64,000 nt of DNA from an uncultured Planctomycetales bacterium. GTDB taxonomy: Bacteria; Omnitrophota; Gorgyraeia; Gygaellales; Profunditerraquicolaceae. Positions 55,970 through 64,000 of this stretch are shown piece by piece. The translations under genes were made by a program, and so were the position numbers. The stretch spans positions 31,194 through 95,193 of the forward strand of contig CAZYCL010000001.1 of NCBI GenBank assembly GCA_964645795.1, given 5' to 3'. Each line of letters opens with the position of its first letter. Within the stretch, counting starts at the first letter, position 1. The notes beneath the pieces were generated by a model that saw only the letters and a program-made list of their open reading frames with translations, was not told the origin of the DNA and searched no databases.

Positions 55970-56858
55970 ACTCCAGTAACTCCTGCGCCCTCTGACGGAC
56001 CTTCTCTGAAGAGTCATCCCTGGCTAACGATTCGATAAAATCAGCCTCGCTCCTGCCGCCCAAGGAATCCAAAACCGACAAGGCCGTAAGACGCACGTCT
56101 TCGTCGGGATCCACCATTAGTGCGGTTTTTACCACCGCGATGGCCTCGTGTTTTGCGCTGTAAAACAGCCCGAGTATAGCGTTTATCCTGATTTTCGGAT
56201 TATTATAGTTATTGACGATCTCGTCTTTTAATAAAGCGATGGCGCTGTCACCGTTCTTCTCAATACCCATCACGGCATAGCTTATATCTCCTTCATTTCC
56301 GCCGGCAACCGCTTCCTTCAGTATCTTGGCAAGCGAATCTGTATCCGTAGGCCTCTTAGGTGCCCTCTTTCTCGCAGGCCGGATATAGGGCGCCGGCTCT
56401 TCAACTGCCGCAGTCACGGCTGCCGCTTCCTTCTCAAGCTCTTCGGTCGTGATCTCATCAGACGGCTTCCGGGCCTGATCTGCAGGCTTAAGGGGTTCTC
56501 CTACCATCTCTTCTTCGCGCTTGAGCACATCCGCAGGCTTGGTAGGCTTTGTCGAATCGGCAAGCAACTCCACCTGCTTCTTCTCCTCCTGCGCTTCTTT
56601 AAGCATGGCCTCTTTATGCTTTTTTGAGGCCTTAAGAGATGAGGAGATCACCTTTATAACGCCAAAGATAAGGGCGAGCCCCACCACACCTGCGGCTACC
56701 ATCATAATCAGCTTATTCTGCAAAATAGCTTGTAATGGGTTTGGTTTTGGCGCGGGCTTGGGACGAGTTTTGGCAAAAACGACGTTTCCTGCCACTTCTT
56801 TTTCCTTGCCCTGACCGGCGCCCGGCCCTTGCGGATTCTGCTGTTCTATAGCCGCCAT
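55950..56858 (-). CDS. Membrane-anchored HEAT/PBS-lyase-like repeat protein
   Basis: It has a TM helix (LIMMVAAGVVGLALIFGVI), a charged linker and C-terminal HEAT-like repeats (DEDVRLTALSVLDSLG, DSSEKVRQRAQELL). Confidence 0.5.
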   Translation of the reverse strand: MAAIEQQNPQGPGAGQGKEKEVAGNVVFAKTRPKPAPKPNPLQAILQNKLIMMVAAGVVGLALIFGVIKVISSSLKASKKHKEAMLKEAQEEKKQVELLADSTKPTKPADVLKREEEMVGEPLKPADQARKPSDEITTEELEKEAAAVTAAVEEPAPYIRPARKRAPKRPTDTDSLAKILKEAVAGGNEGDISYAVMGIEKNGDSAIALLKDEIVNNYNNPKIRINAILGLFYSAKHEAIAVVKTALMVDPDEDVRLTALSVLDSLGGRSEADFIESLARDDSSEKVRQRAQELLEFRSIDQ

Positions 56859-57979
56859 GATCGCCTCCTAATTTTGCATATATTCTTTATGGTTTGGCAA
56901 ATCGAGTGGATGTCTTTTTCTCTCATATGGGAATAAAACGGTAAGCACAGAATGTTTTCCGACAACCATTCGGTATTCTTTAACGCGCCCCCTTTATGAT
57001 ATTTGCGATAGGCTGCCTGTTTATGCACGGGAGGCGCAAAGTAGCGTTTTGCCTGTATGCCTTTCTCAAGCAGCTTCTTCAACAAAACAGCAGCGCTAAC
57101 CCCTAACCTGCCGGCGTCTATGACCAACCCGAAATAATTATGCGTGCTCAGGTCCTTTTCGTCAACATGCTGGTAACTTATCCCGGGAAGCTGGCGCAGG
57201 GAATGTTTATATAGGACGACAAACCTCTGCCTTAACCTCAAGAATTTATCAAGACCCCTAAAACAAATTATGCCCAGAGCAGCGTGTATCTCGGACAGGC
57301 GGGCATTAAAACCGATATCCCTGCAGTTATAATCAGGGGGGTTCCCGTAATTCCTGAGCAGCCTTAAACGCTTGGCCAAATGGCTGTCGTCGGTAACTAT
57401 CAGGCCGCCTTCGGCACTGGTGACTATTTTCGTAGGCGCCAGGCTAAAAACCGTAGCATCTGCGAAACAACCTACGCTCCTGCCTCGGTATCTTGAACCC
57501 AGGGCATGGGCGCCGTCAATAAGGACTTTAAGCTTATGCCTTGATGCGATACGCTGCAGCCTGGCCATATCAATGGGGTTGCCGAAAACATGTACGGCCA
57601 CTATGGCCGATATTTGCGGAGTAATCTTCTTTTCCAGATCAGAAAAATCGATATTAAAGGTCAGTGGGTCGCAGTCGACAAAGACCGGTTTGATGTTATT
57701 CCAGATTAAAGCCCCTGCAGTAGCATTAAACGTAAAACTGGGGACCAGTACCTTGCCTTTCAGGTTCATCGCATGCGCACAAAGCATCAGGCCGGTGGTG
57801 GCGTTGGATACCGCAACCACTTCTTTTACCCGTAAATAATCCTGAACCTCTTTCTCAAAAACCGATACAAAGCGGTTATTGGTTATAGACCTGCTGGAAA
57901 AAATCTTTTTAAGAAGTGGCGAGTATGACTTTAAGTCAGGCAGGGTAGGTTGATTAATCGGATATCTGTAAACGTTCAT
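56846..57979 (-). CDS. DegT/DnrJ/EryC1/StrS-family PLP-dependent sugar aminotransferase
   Basis: 377 aa with a family pattern that includes the SLAPTKIVTSAEGG lysine region. Confidence 0.85.
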   Translation of the reverse strand: MNVYRYPINQPTLPDLKSYSPLLKKIFSSRSITNNRFVSVFEKEVQDYLRVKEVVAVSNATTGLMLCAHAMNLKGKVLVPSFTFNATAGALIWNNIKPVFVDCDPLTFNIDFSDLEKKITPQISAIVAVHVFGNPIDMARLQRIASRHKLKVLIDGAHALGSRYRGRSVGCFADATVFSLAPTKIVTSAEGGLIVTDDSHLAKRLRLLRNYGNPPDYNCRDIGFNARLSEIHAALGIICFRGLDKFLRLRQRFVVLYKHSLRQLPGISYQHVDEKDLSTHNYFGLVIDAGRLGVSAAVLLKKLLEKGIQAKRYFAPPVHKQAAYRKYHKGGALKNTEWLSENILCLPFYSHMREKDIHSICQTIKNICKIRRRSWRL

Positions 57980-58437
57980 CCTCGGCGGTCAAAAAACTTC
58001 ACGCCGTCACCGGCGGCGTAGCTGATCTTTATCTTCTTAAGCTTAACCCGTGTATCGTCTATCTGGCCAACCTCTTTTCCAAGTGATTCCCTGGTCTTCA
58101 GTATAAACTCCCTGTCGGAGGATTCAACAGACATTATTTTCTCGATTATATCCTGGCATTCTTTCTGAAGGGATAAGGCGAACTCCTTGGCATCGGACTT
58201 ATCGGCATCCTTGCCTTCCGTTCTGATATAGTCCAATTTTTTCTGTATTTGAGCGGTGATCTCATTAATGATCTCCATCTCTTCGGATTTATCCCTGACG
58301 TAATTGTTGATTTCCTTGACGGCAGAATTTGCGACGATCTCTCTCTGCCTCCGGGAAAGAAAATACAACTGCCCAAAAGCATCGATAAGGGCTTTTTTGT
58401 CTTTGGACAAAGAAGCAAACGTCTCTTTTACGGACAC
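57976..58437 (-). CDS. Hypothetical helical protein embedded in the sugar-modification/fliS cluster
   Basis: 153 aa with no recognisable motif. Confidence 0.4.
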   Translation of the reverse strand: MSVKETFASLSKDKKALIDAFGQLYFLSRRQREIVANSAVKEINNYVRDKSEEMEIINEITAQIQKKLDYIRTEGKDADKSDAKEFALSLQKECQDIIEKIMSVESSDREFILKTRESLGKEVGQIDDTRVKLKKIKISYAAGDGVKFFDRRG

Positions 58438-59420
58438 AGCAGCCCCTCCTTTTCCAAAAGCCCTTTTATCGCCTCTTTACTCAACGTTGCCTGATTATTG
58501 GACGCGTAACGGAATGGTTTCTGGTTGTGGCCATTGTTATAGTTAATCACGTACATATCGTCAAGGTCGGTGGCGTAAACCGATTCTTCTTCCGATAGCA
58601 AATCCTCATGCACCTTCTCGCCCCTTCTCAGGTCGATCCTGCTGAACTTGATGCTTTTAGGATCGCGTCCGTATTTAGGGGCGAGCTCCTCCACCAAAAC
58701 CTCAAGCAAATCCATGATCTTCATGGTCGGCATTTTCAGAACAAAAATCTCTCCTCCCCTGGTAAGGATTCCGGCCTTAAGCACGAGGCTGACGGCTTCC
58801 TTAATGCTCATTACAAACCTGGTAGACTCCTCGTCGGTGATCGTCACCGGCCCGCCGTCTTTGATCTGCTGCTTGACCAGCGGGATAATCGAACAGCGCG
58901 ACCCCAGCACGTTTCCGAACCTTACGCAACAAAGGCGCGTATGCGGCAGGCCTTTGTAGAAATTTGCGGCTGTCACCAGCCTCTCAGCAAGAAGCTTGGA
59001 GGCCCCCAGCGTATTGGTAGGCAGGCTTGCCTTGTCGGTGCTGACAGAAACAACACGGCTGACCTTTTCGTCCATGGCCACTTCTATCACGTTCTCTGTG
59101 CCCAGGACGTTGGTCTTTACGGTCTCAAAGGGATTGTATTCGCAGGCCGGCACCTGTTTAAGGGCGGCGGCATGAAAGACAATATCCACCCTTTCCATAG
59201 CCCAGTAGAGGCGCTCTTTGTCCCTTACGTCCCCGATCAGGTATCGGACGTTTTCGTGGCCTTTTAGCTCATACTGCAGCTGGAACTGCTTGGCTTCGTC
59301 GCGGCTGTAGACCCTGACTGCGGCCGGCTGGTAATTCAAGATCTGCCGCACTATCTCGGAACCGATCGAACCCGTACCTCCCGTGACTAATATGGTTTTA
59401 CCCTGGAAGAATTCGTTCAT
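58428..59420 (-). CDS. pseB: UDP-N-acetylglucosamine 4,6-dehydratase (inverting), PseB/FlaA1-like (CapD family)
   Basis: GKTILVTGGTGSIGSEIV Rossmann motif. The LIGDVRD motif is characteristic of PseB/CapD-type dehydratases. 330 aa. Confidence 0.75.
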   Translation of the reverse strand: MNEFFQGKTILVTGGTGSIGSEIVRQILNYQPAAVRVYSRDEAKQFQLQYELKGHENVRYLIGDVRDKERLYWAMERVDIVFHAAALKQVPACEYNPFETVKTNVLGTENVIEVAMDEKVSRVVSVSTDKASLPTNTLGASKLLAERLVTAANFYKGLPHTRLCCVRFGNVLGSRCSIIPLVKQQIKDGGPVTITDEESTRFVMSIKEAVSLVLKAGILTRGGEIFVLKMPTMKIMDLLEVLVEELAPKYGRDPKSIKFSRIDLRRGEKVHEDLLSEEESVYATDLDDMYVINYNNGHNQKPFRYASNNQATLSKEAIKGLLEKEGLLCP

Positions 59421-59442
59421 AAATTCATCCTTTTATTTTGAA

Positions 59443-59877
59443 CTAAACATTGAAATCCAGCTTGTCTCTCTTGCCCGAAGCATGGGCCGGTTGTTCCGGC
59501 GGCTTATTTTTAGGAACGATGTTCTCCCATGATTCTTTTAGCTTCACAAGCAGCCCCGTTATCTCGGCGATTATTTCAGGTGCCTGCCTGACCCCGTAAC
59601 TGGCCACGGTAAGCCGGGCATTGAAATACGAGTAGAGCTCCGCTAAATTACGGGCCATCTCGCCGCCCTCTTTATAATTAAGGATGCTGCGCATTCCCAG
59701 TATGATCTTTTGGGCATGGGCTATATTGGACTTGTATTCGCTGTTTTTTTCGGCAAAGCTCTCTTTTGCCTTGTTCAATAGGTCAATGGCTTCCGTATAA
59801 AGAAGAACGACGGCCTCCAGATCGGAGGTCACCGCTAAAGAATGTTTCTTAAATTGGGTATATGCGCGCGCGTTCAT
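59443..59877 (-). CDS. fliS: Flagellar export chaperone FliS
   Basis: 144 aa, collinear with the FliS family: YTQFKKHSLAVTSDLEAVVLLYTEAIDLL, then AQKIILGMRSILNYKEGGEMARNLAELYSYFNARL, then ITGLLVKLKESWENI. Confidence 0.75.
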   Translation of the reverse strand: MNARAYTQFKKHSLAVTSDLEAVVLLYTEAIDLLNKAKESFAEKNSEYKSNIAHAQKIILGMRSILNYKEGGEMARNLAELYSYFNARLTVASYGVRQAPEIIAEITGLLVKLKESWENIVPKNKPPEQPAHASGKRDKLDFNV

Positions 59878-61103
59878 ATGTTTTTTAGAGAGTGCTTTCT
59901 GTAATAGTTAATAACTCTGGCAACCGCCCTGATGACATCCTGAGTATCCTTATCAGACATATCCGCAAAAAGCGGCAGGGATATAAGCCTGTCCGATGCG
60001 TACTCAGCGCATGGGAATATGCCTTTCTTAAAACCAAAACGTATGCGGTAAAAAGGATGCAGGTGTATGGCCCTGAAATGGACACCTAAACCTATATTCT
60101 CGTCCTGAATAGCATCCATAATCCTGTCACGGCCCACCCTTAACATCTCGGTTTTTACTATTATCGGATAAAGATGATACGCGCTCTCTATCCCTCTCTC
60201 TTTTTCATCGCATATAATCTGTATTTCCGGGATCTGCGAAAAAGCGCGGTTGTACATCTGGACAATATCTTTCCTTCTCTTCAGGAAACGATTAAGCTTC
60301 TTGAGCTGCTCCAGTCCAAGGGCTGCCTGGATATCGAACATATTATACTTATAGCCAGGATACAAAATATCCCAATGACGGTAACTTTCCTGCGAATAAC
60401 GCTTGTAGGCGTCGCGGCTTATGCCGTGCAGGCTTAAAATATCGATCTTCTCGGCGACCTTTGGGTCATTGGTAGTAAGCATCCCGCCTTCGCCTGTAGT
60501 TATATTCTTAGTGGCATAAAAACTGAATATGTTAAAATCGGATATGCTGCCGATCTTTCTTCCATTATACTTTGCGCCCAGCGCGTGACACGCATCTTCT
60601 ATTACCGCAAACCCGTGCTTCTTGGCCAGCATATTTATCTCTTTCATCTGTGCAGGGTATCCATACATATGCACCAGTATAACCGCCTTCGTCCTTTTGG
60701 TGATTCTTTTCTTTAGGTCTTGGGGGTCGATGTTCAGCGTATCCGGCCTTACGTCTGCAAATACGGGTTTTGCGCCCACATGCATTATTACATTCGCATC
60801 AGCGGCAAAACCGATCGCCGGAGTTATTACTTCATCGCCGCGGCCTATCCCCAAGGCCACCAACGCCAAATGCAGGCCCGCGGTGCCGGAATTCAACCCC
60901 ACTGAGTATTTAGCGCCGGTATACTCGCAAAACTTCGCTTCAAATCTCTTGGTAAGAGCGCCTTTGGTGATCCAGCCGGTTTCTAAAACACGGCTTACGC
61001 TGCGTATCTCTTCTCTACCGATTGTCGGCCGGTGAAAAAATAGGTACTTCTTTCTTATCGGCCTTGCCCCTGCGCAGGCCGGCCTGTCTTTGCCGATTGT
61101 CAT
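59874..61103 (-). CDS. DegT/DnrJ/EryC1/StrS-family PLP-dependent aminotransferase (PseC-like)
   Basis: 409 aa with a family pattern (LNSGTAGLHLAL, FYATKNITTGEGGML). Confidence 0.85.
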   Translation of the reverse strand: MTIGKDRPACAGARPIRKKYLFFHRPTIGREEIRSVSRVLETGWITKGALTKRFEAKFCEYTGAKYSVGLNSGTAGLHLALVALGIGRGDEVITPAIGFAADANVIMHVGAKPVFADVRPDTLNIDPQDLKKRITKRTKAVILVHMYGYPAQMKEINMLAKKHGFAVIEDACHALGAKYNGRKIGSISDFNIFSFYATKNITTGEGGMLTTNDPKVAEKIDILSLHGISRDAYKRYSQESYRHWDILYPGYKYNMFDIQAALGLEQLKKLNRFLKRRKDIVQMYNRAFSQIPEIQIICDEKERGIESAYHLYPIIVKTEMLRVGRDRIMDAIQDENIGLGVHFRAIHLHPFYRIRFGFKKGIFPCAEYASDRLISLPLFADMSDKDTQDVIRAVARVINYYRKHSLKNI

Positions 61104-62138
61104 TTAATGGTATTCCTTGTTCCCGCTTGCCGTAATGATCGGCACCGACCGCATCCAAAGCTGATTATCCCACCACTTGCGGTTATCCACATACCACTCA
61201 ATGGTCTTATCAAGCCCGGAAAAGAAATCAGTATTTGCTTGCCATCCTAAAAGCCTCTTTGATTTATCCGTAGAAGAAACGTGTTTAAACACCTGCCCCG
61301 GACGGTCGCCGATGTATTGGATCAGGGATTTCGGGGCCTTCATCCTGTCGGTGATAATATTGGCGATATCAATGATGCTGCGCGGATTTCCCGAACCGAT
61401 ATTAATAACTTCTCCGCGGATCTTTTCTATATCAATATGCATAATTTTATCGACCGCCTCACAGAAATCCTCAACATAAACCCAATCACGCATGCTTGAG
61501 CCGTCTCCGTGAACGCTAAGAGGCTCATTCAAAATACAGCTGGTTATAAAACGGGGTATAACCTTTTCCAGGTGCTGGTATGGCCCATAGTTATTAAAAG
61601 GGCGGATAATTACCGCCGGAATTCCGTATGTCTCCCAGTATGAATATACCAGCCTGTCGGCGCCGCATTTTGCCGAAGCATATGGTGAAGGCGGGCATAA
61701 AGGATGGTTCTCGTCCATAGGCTCATAGCGGGCGCTTCCGTATACCTCGGAGGTAGAAATATGGATGAACCTTTCTATGTGGTCTTTCTGGTTGGCAACC
61801 GCGTTGGAGATGGCCTGCGTGCCCAGGACATCGGTCTCAAAAAATAGCCTGTTATCAAAGATAGAGCGCGTTACATGCGTCTCGGCGGCCAAATGGATTA
61901 CAGTATCACACTGCTCAATCAGCTTAGAAACGAGTTCCGGATTACCGACATTTCCGTACCAGAAGGAAAACCTGCCGTTGGAGCGCTTCATATGCTCGGG
62001 TATATTGCTTCCGTTATTGCCGGCATAGGTCATGGAATCAAGCACCGAAATATGGTAGTCGGGATATTTTTTATACAGGTAGCGGACAATATTGCTGCCC
62101 ATGAATCCTAGCCCGCCGGTGATAAATATTTTCTTCAT
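61104..62138 (-). CDS. dTDP-glucose 4,6-dehydratase-like NAD-dependent sugar dehydratase (start likely MKKIFITGG)
   Basis: GGLGFMGSN, DSMTYAGN and YASAKCGAD (YxxxK) motifs. Confidence 0.8.
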   Translation of the reverse strand: MKKIFITGGLGFMGSNIVRYLYKKYPDYHISVLDSMTYAGNNGSNIPEHMKRSNGRFSFWYGNVGNPELVSKLIEQCDTVIHLAAETHVTRSIFDNRLFFETDVLGTQAISNAVANQKDHIERFIHISTSEVYGSARYEPMDENHPLCPPSPYASAKCGADRLVYSYWETYGIPAVIIRPFNNYGPYQHLEKVIPRFITSCILNEPLSVHGDGSSMRDWVYVEDFCEAVDKIMHIDIEKIRGEVINIGSGNPRSIIDIANIITDRMKAPKSLIQYIGDRPGQVFKHVSSTDKSKRLLGWQANTDFFSGLDKTIEWYVDNRKWWDNQLWMRSVPIITASGNKEYH

Positions 62139-62139
62139 C

Positions 62140-62835
62140 TCAATTGCCTCTCCCCGAATCCAACAAGATATCGAGGCTCTCCTTGCCGCAATTAAATAAT
62201 AAATCGACGATTGACATATACGGCAGAAAATCACCGTACAGCTGCCGGTACTGCGGATGACGGTAATTCTGGTATTCCAGTTTTATGGAATTTTTAGCGA
62301 ACATATCTTCCTGAAGATAATCCTTTGCCGCATCCCCGGTCAAATAGCAGTCGGCGCCCAAATGCTTGCAGATATTGACCAGCCTTTCCGTCCTTTCTCC
62401 GAATATATTAAGTCCGGAGGCAAAGAAAAATTTTCTTTTAAGCCCCATCATCCCGCATATTTCCTTGATTACATAAATACTTAATTCGACCAGGTAATGC
62501 CAATCTCGAGCATACAAATCGGTGAAAAAACCGTGAAAATCTTCAAAATACCGGGCCTTGGTGTAGTTGATCTCCAAGGAAGCCAAGTGTTTTCTTCTCC
62601 AATTCTGCCCATTATCTATCTCTATCTTATTTATCGGCAATTCCATGTGATTCTTTAGTTTAACCGGGACCGTCAGCCACTGCTCGCCCTTTGGCGTCTT
62701 TATCTTGTTGCGGTTGCGCCAGCCGTTTTTATCGAACTGGACGTCATCATAAAACACAAAATTATCGGCTCTGGCTATTTGGTCAAAATAGCCGAGCCAG
62801 GGCAAATAACTGGGCTGAAGCACCACTACCTTCAT
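62140..62835 (-). CDS. WbqC-family protein
   Basis: N-terminus MKVVVLQPSYLPWLGYFDQIARADNFVFYDDVQFDKNGWRNRNKI is the WbqC pattern. Confidence 0.7.
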   Translation of the reverse strand: MKVVVLQPSYLPWLGYFDQIARADNFVFYDDVQFDKNGWRNRNKIKTPKGEQWLTVPVKLKNHMELPINKIEIDNGQNWRRKHLASLEINYTKARYFEDFHGFFTDLYARDWHYLVELSIYVIKEICGMMGLKRKFFFASGLNIFGERTERLVNICKHLGADCYLTGDAAKDYLQEDMFAKNSIKLEYQNYRHPQYRQLYGDFLPYMSIVDLLFNCGKESLDILLDSGRGN

Positions 62836-62849
62836 ATCGGCCTCATCTC

Positions 62850-63968
62850 CTAAAAACGCGCCTTAACTTTTCCCTGATAAAGCTCAACAGCTAAATCCTC
62901 GAAAGCCTTAACCATACGCTGAGGAGAAAATACCGTCTCATAACGCCTGCGCATCTCCTGGCCGACCTTATTACGCAATTTTTCGTCTTTAATAAGCCGA
63001 TAGGCAAAATCCCGGTAGGCGGCAAAATCTTTTGACTTTATGGAAAATTCTTCGCCCACATGGCTGGCACCGGCAGAGGAAGTCACAATCCCACCGTAAT
63101 CCATAGCCACTACAGGCTTAGAGGCTGACATTGCCTCAAGCACCACGTGGCCTCCCCCTTCAGGAAATTCATTCAGATAGATATCGCAAATTTTTATTAA
63201 CTGCGCCGCGTCCTTGCGAAAACCGGTGAATATAACGCGATTAAGAAGTCCATGCTGAGAAAGAAGTTCTTTAAACGTCGAGAAATCGCCTTTACCGATA
63301 ACCAAATAGTAAGCGGTATGATCTGACTTAAGCAAAGCAATAACTATATCTTGAAATTCCCTACTCATCCTTTGTGGTAAAAGATTACCGCAAGTAACAA
63401 GTAGTTGGGCTTTTTGCGGGACATTTAGTTGATTCCGCAAGGGTACTGCGGTGTCATCATCACTATAATCAACACCTGAAGGCATAAATTGACTTCTGAT
63501 GCCATTTTGATCCCAATATTCTTTTTCAGTCTGCCAAGATCCTTTGGTAAAATGCGTCACGCAATCAAGGCTCTTGACAAACATAGAGGCGCCGATGTTC
63601 ATATTAATCTGAATAGGGGCGGGCTTGAGATAAGAGACGAGGCAAGAAACCGGACACATGATACTCCCGGAATAGATCAAAACATCGACATTGTCTGCGT
63701 AAATTTTATTTGCTAAATCTTTTGCTGTATCAAGTTGGGAACCTGCAAGCGAAGGCATATAATAGGGCACTTTAAACGAATCTAAAAACGACATCGTTTC
63801 TCCAGAACAGTCCTTGCTTGGGGGAAGCGGTGAAGCCAATATGAAATGCGGTTCAGGCCTAAGCACTAAATCTTCAGAATTGTACACATAGACATCAAAA
63901 TTATGGTAATCGTGATATTTTATGAATGTTCGTAAGAGTCTTGTGGGAGAATGACCTTCATCGTACAA
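62850..63968 (-). CDS. Glycosyltransferase family 4 (GT-B)
   Basis: EFPEGGGHVVLEAMSASKPVV matches the GT4 EX7E motif region. Confidence 0.7.
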   Translation of the reverse strand: MYDEGHSPTRLLRTFIKYHDYHNFDVYVYNSEDLVLRPEPHFILASPLPPSKDCSGETMSFLDSFKVPYYMPSLAGSQLDTAKDLANKIYADNVDVLIYSGSIMCPVSCLVSYLKPAPIQINMNIGASMFVKSLDCVTHFTKGSWQTEKEYWDQNGIRSQFMPSGVDYSDDDTAVPLRNQLNVPQKAQLLVTCGNLLPQRMSREFQDIVIALLKSDHTAYYLVIGKGDFSTFKELLSQHGLLNRVIFTGFRKDAAQLIKICDIYLNEFPEGGGHVVLEAMSASKPVVAMDYGGIVTSSAGASHVGEEFSIKSKDFAAYRDFAYRLIKDEKLRNKVGQEMRRRYETVFSPQRMVKAFEDLAVELYQGKVKARF

Positions 63969-64000
63969 TCTGAATATAACATGACCTATGCGTAGATTGG

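Noticed and set aside
1-64000. CRISPR arrays, rRNA genes and transposase/IS elements
   Set aside because: No regularly spaced short direct repeats with unique spacers, no rRNA-like conserved blocks and no transposase-like ORFs with terminal inverted repeats were seen. The only repeat arrays are protein-coding (42-bp and 15-bp units) or the paired 20-bp operator-like repeats.

Overview
This window is about 64 kb of a bacterial chromosome with roughly 50% GC, probably from an uncultivated lineage rich in TPR proteins. Coding is almost entirely on the minus strand across about 42 kb.

Layout from left to right:
- A low-GC segment at the window start carries a Panacea-domain antitoxin plus a MazF/PemK-like toxin, a truncated tRNA-like 5' half and two palindromes.
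- A complete type IV pilus operon follows: pilins and pseudopilins, pilC, pilB, a pilQ secretin, pilP, pilO and a fused pilM-pilN, led by a small Xis/MerR-like HTH gene.
- Next come an ExbB/ExbD/TPR envelope module, a MiaB-like radical SAM gene, a GT-C glycosyltransferase cluster and housekeeping metabolism: purC, pckG, trxB, def, panD, ackA, pta with a separately encoded Pta N-domain-like gene, and trxA.
- An accessory region contains a secreted tandem-repeat protein, a BNR-like propeller, an operon of ECF sigma, zinc-finger anti-sigma and a CHAT-TM-TPR protease, an SGNH-TPR hydrolase, and GroES-like, nitroreductase and thioesterase genes.
- The only plus-strand island has a consensus promoter, a leader with an intrinsic terminator, a 753-aa protein with a C-terminal agmatine-deiminase/PAD-like domain, a coupled 50-aa ORF, an HDOD protein and a GHKL-ATPase-like protein.
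- Then comes a 1901-aa secreted coiled-coil giant with internal repeats and C-terminal TPRs, driven by a perfect sigma70 promoter, followed by secreted TPR/coiled-coil, LysM and lipoprotein genes.
- The window ends with a sugar-modification cluster (two DegT aminotransferases, PseB-like dehydratase, fliS, RfbB-like dehydratase, WbqC, GT4).

No CRISPR array, rRNA or intact tRNA was seen.

The most unusual candidates are the sigma/anti-sigma/CHAT-protease operon and the terminator-bearing leader in front of the PAD-like fusion protein with its HDOD/GHKL partners.
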